55,662 bases of DNA from a virus (IMGVR_UViG_3300024261_000038:1-55662), one strand, 5' to 3'; shown: positions 1 to 10,107, counted from the first letter of the stretch. Numbers and translations are program-made. Notes: a model not told the origin generated them from the letters alone.

Positions 1-1308
1 AATCAAGTTGAAAATGTAGTTAATCAAATAAATCAACCTAAAGTTATCCCAGCAGATAGTGCTGAAGGTAGAGGTATTACAGAACAATTATTAGGTAAGA
101 AAAAAGCAGATGTAATGGATATGGAAGGAAACAAAATTCCTGAAGGATCAAAGATTATGGGTGGTAAGAAAGTTGAATTTTCATTCAATGAAAAAATAGA
201 TTGGTTAGTTAAAAATGTTGATCCAAACGCAGAACAAACAATTCCACCAAAATTCGTATTACAAGAAATGTTAAAAGATGGTAGAGAAGATCTTATTGAT
301 CATTTTTTTGAAATACATACAAAAAATATAGGAAGTAAACCTGTAATTGATATAGATACAAGTGGCCTTAAACATCCTGAATTAGTTAAGAAAATGATGA
401 CGGATCAAAAATTAAAACCAACATTAGTTAATCAAGAATCAGATGCAGCAATTAAAGCACGTCTTGATGCTGGTAATAAAAAAGGTATTGCAAGTATACA
501 AATTAGTTTAGTTGATGATTCAATTGCTAAAATAAAATCTTTGGAACCAATGGATGCAATGAAAGAAGCAAACTTAGTTGCAGGAAAAAAAGGTAGATAT
601 GCAAACTTAGACGATAACCAAGTTAAAAAAATTATGGATGATACTCAAGAACATATCTTTCAAGATTCAAGTCCTCTTGATGATTATGCAACAGGTGGAC
701 GTGTTGGTTACAAAGTTGGTAGCGTTGATAAGATGAGAAGATTATTCTTACAAGCTATTGGAGCAGGTGCAGGAACAATCGGTGCAGCTAAATCTGGATT
801 ATTTAGTTTTGGTAAAGGAGCAACTAAACAAGTTGCAAAAGAAGTTGCACAGCAAACTACATCAGGTATGCCTCCTCCATATTTCTTCAAGCTTGCAGAG
901 AAAATTAAAATGATGGGTGATGATGCAACAGCTACAACAGAGAGAACTATTGCAAAAACATTAAAGTCTAAAGATGGTAAATCAACATATTTATTAGAAG
1001 AAGATATAACATCTGGAGATACAATCATTAAAAAGATTAATAAAGAAGGTGATGAGATGATCACTGACGTTGAGATTATGGAACTTAAAAAAGGTGAAGT
1101 TGTAATGGGCAAAAATGGTAAACCAGTTAAAGTACCTGATGAGTATGAAGAAGTTACAGAGTCTAATTCTAGAATTTACAAAGATGAATTTAACGATCCT
1201 GATTATACAGATGGAATTAAAGTAGATGAAATTATAAAAGAAGTAGATGACAAAGTACCATCAATCAAATATGCAAGTGGTGGCCTAGCTTATATGTTAG
1301 GAGAATAA
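1..1308 (+). CDS. Large virion-associated modular protein with xxGG motifs (5'-truncated by the window)
   Basis: Frame 1 is open from base 1 through the listed ATG at 115; contains YATGGRVG and ends YASGGLAYMLGE; stop overlaps the next ATG (TAATG). Confidence 0.7.
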   Translation, partial: NQVENVVNQINQPKVIPADSAEGRGITEQLLGKKKADVMDMEGNKIPEGSKIMGGKKVEFSFNEKIDWLVKNVDPNAEQTIPPKFVLQEMLKDGREDLIDHFFEIHTKNIGSKPVIDIDTSGLKHPELVKKMMTDQKLKPTLVNQESDAAIKARLDAGNKKGIASIQISLVDDSIAKIKSLEPMDAMKEANLVAGKKGRYANLDDNQVKKIMDDTQEHIFQDSSPLDDYATGGRVGYKVGSVDKMRRLFLQAIGAGAGTIGAAKSGLFSFGKGATKQVAKEVAQQTTSGMPPPYFFKLAEKIKMMGDDATATTERTIAKTLKSKDGKSTYLLEEDITSGDTIIKKINKEGDEMITDVEIMELKKGEVVMGKNGKPVKVPDEYEEVTESNSRIYKDEFNDPDYTDGIKVDEIIKEVDDKVPSIKYASGGLAYMLGE

Positions 1309-4300
1309 TGAATCCTTATAGACTTAAAAATGTATTTGAATATCTAACATCTAACAACCAACTACTTAAACGTAAATTAAAATTAGGAACTAGTGAAATA
1401 CCTATCCCTCCTAAAAGACAAGATGTTATTGATATAGAAGCTATCAACAGATTTAACAAAAATAATCCTCGTGTAGATACAACTAATGTTCAACCTGTTG
1501 TTAAACAGTCTACAATAAAACAATCTAATGTAGGTGAAATTGATGAAGGCGTGATCCAAGGTGCGTTCGACACGGCTACTATGGAAGCAAGAGATGGAGG
1601 CTACCCTGCACCAGTTTATGAGGCTTTTAAAAAAAGATACTTAAAAAGAAACATGAAAGCAGATGGTGGAAGGATTGGTTACAAAGACGGAGAGGGTGTT
1701 ATAACCGTTGATGATAAAATCGATGAGATGATTTCTTTTTACAAAGATTATTTAAACCAAGGTGGCAAGATGGATTTTAAAACCTTTTCTAAAAAATACA
1801 TACCAGAGAATTTTGAAAAAGGCGGACGTGCAGGTTACGAGGACGGACCAAAGCTAACTGATTTTCTCGATGTCCAAGCTTCAGGATCCAAGAGTGGTAA
1901 ACAACAAATCGAAGGTGCACCAAAAGGTATTACTGCTGATAGTGAAACAATAAACGCTATTATAAAAGCAGACATACCTGTATCTGAAAAAATAAATCTT
2001 CTTGCAACTTACGGTTACGGTAAGAGTAGAAATAGAATCGAAAACAAAGATCAAGAAATATTTTTAGATGAAGGGGGCTATAGAGACAGAAACGTTGGTA
2101 TAGACTTTAATAGAGATGGAGAAGGTCTTAGTGGTTCTGCTACCTATGGTATTGATACAGGTGAGCCACAGTTAAATATAAAATACAAAAAGAGTTTTGC
2201 TGACGGTGGTATGTTGGTACAACCTAGTGACGACGGATCACGGCCAGGGTATGCTAAAATGAAATTAGACGACGATACTATTCAAAAAATAAAAAATAAA
2301 GTTGCTTTAAAAAAAGGACAAAAATGGAATTTTTATGATCCAGAAACAAATCCAAAAGGACATACATATGGTGTTCCAAAAGGAGATACTAATTATGATA
2401 TTGCAAGAAATTTAAAACCAGGAAGATTAGAAGCAAAGTTAGAAAAAGCTACAGAAAAATACAAAGAAATAAAAGCTGATCCTAAATTATTGGCTGAAAA
2501 AAAATTAACAGATAAAGAAAGATATCAAACTAATAGAACTCAAATATTAGAAGACAAAAATTTTCAATATGAAACAGATAAAGATTATAGAGAAAAAAAA
2601 TTAGAATGGGCTAAACAAGATAGAATTAAAAATCCGGAAAAATATAAACAAAAATTAAATGATTATTTTGCAAAGAAAGGAAGATTTCCTCCGGGAAATA
2701 ACTATAAAGAAAATGTTTGGAGAGATATGTTTAGATCTTCACAAAAGGCAGGACAAGAAAGATTCTTGCTTGTCGGAGAAGACGGTAAACTTTTAACTCA
2801 AGATAAATTTCCTATAAAAGAAGGTAAAGTAAGATGGGACATTGGAGGTGCTTATAAGAAAGTAAAATTTTATGACACTAAAACAAAACAATTTGTAAAG
2901 TTTGATAATACTACTAAAGGAAAAGGTATAAGTTTTGAAAAATACTTGGATCAAAAATCTGTTGGCGGTAAAGGTGCTTATGAAGATGCTATTAATGGAT
3001 ATAAAAACAAAGATAATATAAAAGATTTAACTTTTAAAAATTCAAAAGGAAAAGATATTCGCCTAGGAACTATTGTGCAATCAAAATTAAATGATGGCGT
3101 TAATTTTATAAATAGTGGTGTCAATGTGCAACATCCGGATATTAACAATGCTTTTTGGAAAAATGAAGTTTCTCTAGCTTCTTCCAACAATGAATTAAAT
3201 TATTTAGAACAAACATTAGACAGAAAATTAAAAAATGCTGGAAACGATGTTACTTTAAGAAATAAAGCATTAAGTGAATTTAAAACTAAAATAAATAAAT
3301 TAGAAGGTGGTATAACTAAAATTATAGATGGTGAAACTTTTGGAGTAGCACCTAATGAAAAATCAGTTGTGAAAGCGGTAGGTAAAGAATCACGTTTAAA
3401 TAATTTTAAAGAATTTAAAACACTAGTAGCGGCTTTAGGTCCAGGCACGTGTTCCGTGTTTAGTGGTAAGAAAGCAGATGGTGGCCGTATAGGTCTTGCA
3501 ACAGGGACCCCTAACATAGATAAATGTTATGATGCTGCAACTGCAGCTATAAACTCTGGTAAAGTTCCTGTGGATAAAGCAGATGACTTTACTAAACTTT
3601 TAAAAAGAATGGGTACTATTGGAAGAGGTATTAGGAAGTTTGGTATCATACCGGAAGCAATGTACGTTGCAGCAGATTCTCTTGTTAGACTTGGTATGGG
3701 AAGTACTTTTAAAGAAGCGGGTTTACTAGCCTCCGATTATTTATTACCAGGAGACCAAACTAAAGCAGCAGAAATGAGTAAGGTTTCAAGAATTTTTGGT
3801 GACACTACAGGTGAGCTTGTAGGAAGGGTTATTGATTATAAAAATCAATTAGCAAAAATACAAAGTCTAGAGGATCAAATATCAAATCTTGATAATTTAT
3901 CTGATGTAGGAGAGTTTGATTATATGGGAGATTTATCTGGTGAATCTAATACTAAAAAAAATTTACTTTCACAAGCAAAGAATGATTTAGATAATAAGTT
4001 TAAAATATCAGAAGCAGAACAACTATATGCTGAAAGAAAACAAGAAGAGGCATATGATGCAAGTTCAGCTAACTCTTCGTTTTCAAACTTAAAAAGAAAA
4101 TATGGGGATTCATCAAATAATATAGATGATATAGAACAATTAGCATCACCTGAGAAAACTCAATTACAATTAAATTTAGATATGCTGCCAGCAGTACCTA
4201 AAGATTTTATGATGACAACAGATGATGAACTAACAAATTATGTTAATGCAGAAAGCGTAAGAAGCGGTGAAAAATTAGACCCACAAGTTTACATAGATGA

Positions 4301-4631
4301 AAAAGAAAAATTAAAAAAAGATTTCATGACCAAAGGTCCAGGTGTATATGGAGCAGAACAAGTATACGGAACACAAGGAATTTTTGCAGAACCTTTATTA
4401 AAAAGTATAGCTCGTAAGGAAAATTCAATAAACGATCTTGAAAGAGAAGTGGTCGGTCAAAGAAATAAATTTAATATTTTCGATAGAGATCATTCAGTTC
4501 TAGGAACGGGACTTAGAGGTTTTTCAGCGGCATCAGGAGGCATAGCAAGCCTAACTAAGACCATTCCACCAGAATCAGGGCCAACACCTCAAGGGTTGCC
4601 TTATGTATATAATAATGTTAAGAAGATATAG
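1308..4631 (+). CDS. 1107-aa modular virion-associated protein (xxGG-delimited modules, beta-barrel-like and possibly degenerate HNH-like segments)
   Basis: Long ORF with GGAG RBS, directly upstream of portal; motifs KADGGRIG (x2), FEKGGRAG, FADGG, AASGG. Confidence 0.7.
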   Translation: MNPYRLKNVFEYLTSNNQLLKRKLKLGTSEIPIPPKRQDVIDIEAINRFNKNNPRVDTTNVQPVVKQSTIKQSNVGEIDEGVIQGAFDTATMEARDGGYPAPVYEAFKKRYLKRNMKADGGRIGYKDGEGVITVDDKIDEMISFYKDYLNQGGKMDFKTFSKKYIPENFEKGGRAGYEDGPKLTDFLDVQASGSKSGKQQIEGAPKGITADSETINAIIKADIPVSEKINLLATYGYGKSRNRIENKDQEIFLDEGGYRDRNVGIDFNRDGEGLSGSATYGIDTGEPQLNIKYKKSFADGGMLVQPSDDGSRPGYAKMKLDDDTIQKIKNKVALKKGQKWNFYDPETNPKGHTYGVPKGDTNYDIARNLKPGRLEAKLEKATEKYKEIKADPKLLAEKKLTDKERYQTNRTQILEDKNFQYETDKDYREKKLEWAKQDRIKNPEKYKQKLNDYFAKKGRFPPGNNYKENVWRDMFRSSQKAGQERFLLVGEDGKLLTQDKFPIKEGKVRWDIGGAYKKVKFYDTKTKQFVKFDNTTKGKGISFEKYLDQKSVGGKGAYEDAINGYKNKDNIKDLTFKNSKGKDIRLGTIVQSKLNDGVNFINSGVNVQHPDINNAFWKNEVSLASSNNELNYLEQTLDRKLKNAGNDVTLRNKALSEFKTKINKLEGGITKIIDGETFGVAPNEKSVVKAVGKESRLNNFKEFKTLVAALGPGTCSVFSGKKADGGRIGLATGTPNIDKCYDAATAAINSGKVPVDKADDFTKLLKRMGTIGRGIRKFGIIPEAMYVAADSLVRLGMGSTFKEAGLLASDYLLPGDQTKAAEMSKVSRIFGDTTGELVGRVIDYKNQLAKIQSLEDQISNLDNLSDVGEFDYMGDLSGESNTKKNLLSQAKNDLDNKFKISEAEQLYAERKQEEAYDASSANSSFSNLKRKYGDSSNNIDDIEQLASPEKTQLQLNLDMLPAVPKDFMMTTDDELTNYVNAESVRSGEKLDPQVYIDEKEKLKKDFMTKGPGVYGAEQVYGTQGIFAEPLLKSIARKENSINDLEREVVGQRNKFNIFDRDHSVLGTGLRGFSAASGGIASLTKTIPPESGPTPQGLPYVYNNVKKI

Positions 4632-4640
4632 GAGTAATAA

Positions 4641-7094
4641 ATGGCAGATATAGATAAAGGACTCCCGAACACACGATCTAAAATTGAGATTCCTTCAGAA
4701 GAGGAATTGCAAGACATTGCTGTTCAGGAAGAAGACGTAGAAGAATTAAAAGGACCCGTTGAAGTTATCCCTGAAGAGGATGGCGGAGCAACTATCGACT
4801 ATGATCCAGGTGCAATAAACACTACAGGTTCACAATCACACTTTGACAACCTAGCAGATATTTTACCAGAAGATGCAGTTGAACCAATTGGAAACGAAAT
4901 GGTTCAAAACTACATGGACTACAAATCATCAAGAAAAGAATGGGAAAGTGCTTACACAAGTGGTCTTGATCTTTTAGGATTTAAATACGAAAACAGAACA
5001 GAACCTTTTCAAGGAGCTTCAGGTGCAACACACCCAGTATTAGCGGAAGCTGTAACTCAGTTTCAAGCTCAAGCTTACAAAGAATTATTACCAAGTGATG
5101 GTCCTGTTAGAACACAAGTTATAGGAATTAAAAATCCAGCGACGGAGCAACAGTCACAACGTGTTAAAGATTATATGAATTATTTAATCATGGACACAAT
5201 GAAAGAATATGAATCTGAATTTGATTCTATGTTATTTCATTTACCACTAGCTGGATCTACATTTAAAAAAGTTTACTACGACGTTCCACTTGGAAGAGTG
5301 GTATCGAAGTTTGTACCAGCGGATGAATTAATTGTTCCGTACACAGCTACCTCATTAGACGATGCGGAAGCAGTTATTCATACCGTGAAAATTTCAGAGA
5401 ACGAATTAAGAAAACAACAAGTCAATGGTTTTTATAGTGATGTCGAGTTAGGACCTCCAGGTACAGATACCAATGGAGAACTATCTAAAAAAGAACGTGA
5501 GCTAGAAGGAACTAAGAAGACAGGTAAGAACGAACCTATTTACACTTTGTTAGAGTGTCATGTTAATTTAGACTTAGAAGGTTTCGAAGATGTTGGCTCC
5601 GATGGTGAACCAACTGGAATAAAATTACCTTACCTCGTTACAGTCGATGAAGGTAGTAGAAAAGTTTTGTCTATTAGACGAAACTATGCGCCCGATGATC
5701 TAAAGAAAACTAAAATCCAATATTTCGTCCACTTCAAATTTCTGCCAGGACTAGGATTTTATGGCTTTGGACTCATTCACATGATTGGCGGATTGAGTCG
5801 TACGGCAACGTCGGCTCTCCGTCAATTATTAGATGCGGGTACATTATCAAATCTACCAGCAGGATTTAAACAACGAGGAGTTAGAGTAAGAGATGAAGCA
5901 TCACCAATACAACCAGGTGAATTTAAAGATGTAGATGCACCAGGTGGATCTTTAAGAGATGCATTCTTCCCTCTACCCTACAAAGAACCATCAGCAACAT
6001 TATTACAATTAATGGGTGTTGTAGTTGGTGCAGGTCAAAGGTTCGCGGCTATTGCTGATATGCAAGTGGGCGATGGAAACCAAGGCGCTGCAGTAGGAAC
6101 TACTGTTGCACTTCTTGAACGTGGATCACGTGTGATGTCTGCTATTCATAAAAGATGTTATGCAGCAATGAAGAATGAATTTAAATTATTATCTAAAATA
6201 GTTTCACAATACTTACCACCAGAATATCCTTATGATGTTGTAGGTGGTGCAAGAAACATTAAGCAAGCTGACTTTGATGATAGAATAGATGTAGTACCAG
6301 TTGCGGATCCTAATATATTCTCAATGAGTCAGAGAATAACTTTAGCTCAAACACAATTACAGATCGCAACATCAAATCCACAACTTCATAACATGTATCA
6401 AATTTACAGAAACATGTATAATGCAATTGGTGTAAAAGATGTTGATGCAGTTCTACCGCCACCGGCACCGAATGCACCATTAGATCCAAGTTTAGAACAC
6501 ATAAATGCTTTAGGTGGAAAACCTTTTCAAGCTTTTCCTGGTCAAGACCACAGAGCACACATTACAGCTCACTTAAATTTTATGTCAACTAACATGGTTA
6601 GAAATAATCCTGCGGTTATGGCTGCAATACAAAAAAATATCTTAGAGCACATTTCAATTATGGCTCAAGAACAGGTTCAATTAGAGTTCAGAGAGCAAAT
6701 GGCTAACATGCAGCAGATGCAACAGATGTCAGTAAACAATCCACAGATGCAACAACAGTTACAAATGCTTACAAATCAAGTTGAAGCAAGAAAAGCTGTC
6801 TTGATTGCTGAGATGACTGAAGAATTTATGAAAGAAGAGAATAAAATCACTTCACAAATGGATTCAGACCCACTATTAAAACTAAAATCACGTGAGGTTG
6901 ACTTGAGAGCGATGGAAAATGAACGAAAAAAAGAAGCTGATACAACAAAAGCTGATTTTGATAGAGCAAAATTAATGCAAGCAAGAGAATTAGCTGAAGA
7001 TAAGATGGATCAGAACGAAGAATTAGCAGAATTACGTGCAAATACTAGTTTAGCTAAAGCAGGTGTTAAAGAAATGTCTGTTCTTGACAATTAA
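4641..7094 (+). CDS. Portal protein
   Basis: 817 aa; RTEPFQGASGATHPVLAEAVTQFQAQAYKELLP and FLPGLGFYGFGL segments typical of podovirus portals; Q-rich C-terminal coiled coil; AGGAG RBS. Confidence 0.85.
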   Translation: MADIDKGLPNTRSKIEIPSEEELQDIAVQEEDVEELKGPVEVIPEEDGGATIDYDPGAINTTGSQSHFDNLADILPEDAVEPIGNEMVQNYMDYKSSRKEWESAYTSGLDLLGFKYENRTEPFQGASGATHPVLAEAVTQFQAQAYKELLPSDGPVRTQVIGIKNPATEQQSQRVKDYMNYLIMDTMKEYESEFDSMLFHLPLAGSTFKKVYYDVPLGRVVSKFVPADELIVPYTATSLDDAEAVIHTVKISENELRKQQVNGFYSDVELGPPGTDTNGELSKKERELEGTKKTGKNEPIYTLLECHVNLDLEGFEDVGSDGEPTGIKLPYLVTVDEGSRKVLSIRRNYAPDDLKKTKIQYFVHFKFLPGLGFYGFGLIHMIGGLSRTATSALRQLLDAGTLSNLPAGFKQRGVRVRDEASPIQPGEFKDVDAPGGSLRDAFFPLPYKEPSATLLQLMGVVVGAGQRFAAIADMQVGDGNQGAAVGTTVALLERGSRVMSAIHKRCYAAMKNEFKLLSKIVSQYLPPEYPYDVVGGARNIKQADFDDRIDVVPVADPNIFSMSQRITLAQTQLQIATSNPQLHNMYQIYRNMYNAIGVKDVDAVLPPPAPNAPLDPSLEHINALGGKPFQAFPGQDHRAHITAHLNFMSTNMVRNNPAVMAAIQKNILEHISIMAQEQVQLEFREQMANMQQMQQMSVNNPQMQQQLQMLTNQVEARKAVLIAEMTEEFMKEENKITSQMDSDPLLKLKSREVDLRAMENERKKEADTTKADFDRAKLMQARELAEDKMDQNEELAELRANTSLAKAGVKEMSVLDN

Positions 7095-7097
7095 TAA

Positions 7098-7106
7098 TGG
7101 TATAAT
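7098..7106 (+). promoter_or_regulatory. Extended -10 promoter element (TGnTATAAT)
   Basis: TGGTATAAT immediately after the portal stop, upstream of the ORF at 7128. Confidence 0.5.
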
Positions 7107-7127
7107 AGGTTAACAAAGGTAAATATT

Positions 7128-7307
7128 ATGATGAACTATAAAAAAGAAAAACAAATAGCTGTTCCTGAGCAAAATATAGAAATAGATCCAAGATCTAAGA
7201 CTACAGCTGATGGTGCTTTCAATTATATTCCTACTGGAGACAAAGCAGAAGTCAAAGGAACTAAGAGAATGCTAAAAGACAAGAAAAAAATAGCTACTTG
7301 GTACTAA
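7128..7307 (+). CDS. Small hypothetical protein (59 aa, not in ORF track)
   Basis: MMNYKKEKQIAVPEQ...KKKIATWY; AAGGT RBS; fills the gap between portal and holin. Confidence 0.65.
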   Translation: MMNYKKEKQIAVPEQNIEIDPRSKTTADGAFNYIPTGDKAEVKGTKRMLKDKKKIATWY

Positions 7308-7308
7308 T

Positions 7309-7698
7309 ATGTGGTTTTCGGCAATTAAATTAGCCGTCTCTGCTGGTAGTAAAATTTATGCTAACAAGCAGAAGACTAAAATGGCAATGTCAGATGCACA
7401 GCTTATGCATGCATCTCGTATGGCCGAAGGAAAAGAAGCCTACCAGGGAAAACTTTTAGAAGCACGTCAATCAGACTGGAAGGACGAGGCGGTTTTGATA
7501 ATTTTAAGTTTGCCAATCGCAATTTTGGCCTGGGCAGTCGTATCGGATGATCCGACAGCAATGGACAAAGTAAAATTGTTCTTCGAGATGTTCTCACAGC
7601 TTCCGTCATGGTTTACAAATCTTTGGATACTTGTCGTCGCGAGTATTTATGGTATAAAGGGTACACAAATATTTAGAAACGGCGGAGGAAAAAAATAA
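7309..7698 (+). CDS. Putative holin (3TM/GTA-holin-like)
   Basis: SDWKDE motif followed by two hydrophobic helices and a basic C-terminus. Confidence 0.55.
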   Translation: MWFSAIKLAVSAGSKIYANKQKTKMAMSDAQLMHASRMAEGKEAYQGKLLEARQSDWKDEAVLIILSLPIAILAWAVVSDDPTAMDKVKLFFEMFSQLPSWFTNLWILVVASIYGIKGTQIFRNGGGKK

Positions 7699-8168
7699 TG
7701 TCAGGATGGGTAAAAGCAGGTCAAGCAGGTTGGAGTGCTATTAAAGGAGTATTACCAAAAGTTAATAAAACAAAATTAAGTAAAGCTACAAGTGAATTAA
7801 ATATTGCTATACAAAAAACAAAAAGTTCTAAAGCAAAATTAAAACAAACATTGTTTGAAATAGAAAATAAAATGCCTTTAACTTTTAAAAAAAGTAGTAA
7901 AAAATCAGAATCAAATAAAGAAGCTTATAAAAGAATACAAAAAGATAATACTAAAGTAATTAAAAGTATGATTGATAAAGCTACTGAAAAAAAAGCTGAT
8001 GGTGGAAGAATAGGTAGAAAACTTGGTGGTGGTACTGACATGGCTAAGAGAAAGACAAACGTTCAAAAAATAAAAGAAACATTTGCACCTAAAAAATTTA
8101 AAGGTTTTTTTAAACTACCAGAAAAAGTTCAACAAAAAATGAACAAGAAACTAGCGAGAAAAGTTTAA
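7698..8168 (+). CDS. Lysine-rich basic protein with KADGGRIG motif
   Basis: Very K-rich ORF, translationally coupled to both neighbours. Confidence 0.65.
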   Translation: MSGWVKAGQAGWSAIKGVLPKVNKTKLSKATSELNIAIQKTKSSKAKLKQTLFEIENKMPLTFKKSSKKSESNKEAYKRIQKDNTKVIKSMIDKATEKKADGGRIGRKLGGGTDMAKRKTNVQKIKETFAPKKFKGFFKLPEKVQQKMNKKLARKV

Positions 8169-8527
8169 TGGCTGTAACAGGAACATTTAAAGATTTAACT
8201 AAAAAAGAAAAAGATGTTTTAAAAAAACATTTAGACCCTGTTGGAGGTCCTAAATCTCTTAAAGATAAAGTAATAGATGCAGGTAAAAAAGTTTTAGAAA
8301 TAGGAAAAAAAGCTGTAGAGTTTACTCCTCCTGGTCAAGTTAAAAAACTTGTTGAACTTGTAAAAGATAATTCTAAAAGAGCAGAACGTAAATTAAATAA
8401 CGAAAGATTAAATCCTGGTAAAATTCCAAAACCAATGAAAACAGGTGGAAGAGCCGGATACAAAATGGGCGGTAAATGTAAGTTAGCCACAAAAGGCAAA
8501 GGAAGAGCTTACGGAAAGAATTCGTAA
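8168..8527 (+). CDS. Lysine-rich basic protein with MKTGGRAGYKMGG motif
   Basis: Coupled ORF (TAATG overlaps); basic; tandem GG motif near the C-terminus. Confidence 0.65.
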   Translation: MAVTGTFKDLTKKEKDVLKKHLDPVGGPKSLKDKVIDAGKKVLEIGKKAVEFTPPGQVKKLVELVKDNSKRAERKLNNERLNPGKIPKPMKTGGRAGYKMGGKCKLATKGKGRAYGKNS

Positions 8528-8751
8528 TGCAATTAGAAACAGTAATAAATAAAACGTTAAGATATCTAGACTCAAGAATAGAAGCACTGTCTATATCCGT
8601 CACATCTGGTGGGGTTGACAGTATGGAAAATTACAAGTATATGATAGGACAAATAAACGCCTACGAGGCAACTAAACAGGAAATCTCTAACCTGCTAAAC
8701 GATAAGGAGCACAATGAAGGAACAGTCATCGATATTAACACCAAACAATAA
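8527..8751 (+). CDS. Hypothetical protein
   Basis: Coupled 74-aa helical ORF before groES. Confidence 0.6.
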   Translation: MQLETVINKTLRYLDSRIEALSISVTSGGVDSMENYKYMIGQINAYEATKQEISNLLNDKEHNEGTVIDINTKQ

Positions 8752-9127
8752 AATTATTGGTGTAAAAAAATCAGAGAAAAAAGAAGAGAAAGAACCTAAG
8801 TTACCAAAACCTACTGGGTGGAGGATGATAGTTTTACCTTTTAAAATGAAAGAGAAAACTAAAGGTGGATTAGTATTAGCTGAAACAACTTTGGAGAGGC
8901 AACAAGTTGCATCTCAAGTTGGATTAGTTTTAGCTATGGGCCCACAATGTTATAAGGATAAAGAAAGATATCCTGAAGGTCCATGGTGCAAGGTCAATGA
9001 TTGGATAATGTTTGCACGTTATGCTGGATCACGGATCAAGATAGATGGCGGAGAAATGCGTCTTCTAAACGACGACGAAGTGTTAGCAACAATTGATAGT
9101 CCAGAGGACATCTTGCATGAGTTTTAA
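8714..9127 (+). CDS. groES: Co-chaperonin GroES (Cpn10 family)
   Basis: PTGWRMIV, KTKGGLVL mobile loop, VLAMGP, FARYAG, LLNDDEVLA; AAGGAG RBS. Confidence 0.9.
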   Translation: MKEQSSILTPNNKIIGVKKSEKKEEKEPKLPKPTGWRMIVLPFKMKEKTKGGLVLAETTLERQQVASQVGLVLAMGPQCYKDKERYPEGPWCKVNDWIMFARYAGSRIKIDGGEMRLLNDDEVLATIDSPEDILHEF

Positions 9128-9145
9128 TCATAGGAAGGAGTAACT

Positions 9146-10105
9146 ATGCCAGACACAGAAGAAAACAAAATGGTACCTATAGATACATCAGGACCTGATG
9201 CTACTGTAGATATTGAAGAAGTAAAAGAAGAAGCCGTTGTAGAAACGGAAAATACAGAAAACACGGAAAAAGAAACAGATAAATCATTTGAGAATGAAAG
9301 AGAAACAAAGTTAGATGAAAAAAAATCAGACGAAGATTTAGAAGACTACAGTAAAGGTGTTCAATCTCGTATTGCGAAACTAACTCGTAAGATGAGAGAA
9401 GCAGAAAGAAGAGAACAAGCTGCTTTAGATTATGCCAAAGGTGTAGAAGAGAAAAGACAGATTTTAGAAAAAAGGTTTGAAAAAACTGATTCTGAATATG
9501 TTAAAAAGTTTGAGACTAGTATTACTTCAGGTTTAGAAGCTGCGCAAAAAGAATTAGCGTCAGCAATTGAATCTGGTGATGCGGCAGCTCAAGTTGAAGC
9601 TAATAAAAGAATTGCAACTCTTGCTTTTGAGAATGCAAAATTAGAACAAACTAAAGCAGGAAGAGAAGAGCAACAGGCTGAGAAACCTGTTCTAACTCAA
9701 CCACAATTTCAAACTCAACAAAGAGACGAACCTAATAATCCAGATCCTAGAGCTGAAGTATGGGCTAGTGAAAACTCATGGTTTGGTACTGATAAAGCAA
9801 TGACTTACACTGCTTTTGAAATACACAAGGATTTAACGGAAAAAGAAGGTTATGATCCAAGCTCAAATGAGTATTATGCGGAAGTAGACAAACGTATTAG
9901 AGTTGACTTTCCACATAAATTTGGTAATACTAATAATAAGCAAACGGCCGCTCCTGTTCAGACAGTTGCTTCTGCTACAAGAAGCGTAAAGCCAGGTCGC
10001 AAAACTGTGAGACTCACATCTTCACAGGTAGCAATAGCTAAAAAATTAGGTGTGCCACTCGAAGAGTACGCAAAACAATTAAAATACACGAAGGAAGGAG
10101 CGTAA
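9146..10105 (+). CDS. Putative capsid scaffolding protein
   Basis: Acidic coiled-coil protein upstream of capsid genes, ending in the helix-turn-helix VAIAKKLGVPLEEYAK. Confidence 0.65.
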   Translation: MPDTEENKMVPIDTSGPDATVDIEEVKEEAVVETENTENTEKETDKSFENERETKLDEKKSDEDLEDYSKGVQSRIAKLTRKMREAERREQAALDYAKGVEEKRQILEKRFEKTDSEYVKKFETSITSGLEAAQKELASAIESGDAAAQVEANKRIATLAFENAKLEQTKAGREEQQAEKPVLTQPQFQTQQRDEPNNPDPRAEVWASENSWFGTDKAMTYTAFEIHKDLTEKEGYDPSSNEYYAEVDKRIRVDFPHKFGNTNNKQTAAPVQTVASATRSVKPGRKTVRLTSSQVAIAKKLGVPLEEYAKQLKYTKEGA

Positions 10106-10107
10106 AT

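Noticed and set aside
7084-7106. TTGACA...TATAAT as a canonical -35/-10 promoter
   Set aside because: The spacer is only 11 nt; kept only as an extended -10 element
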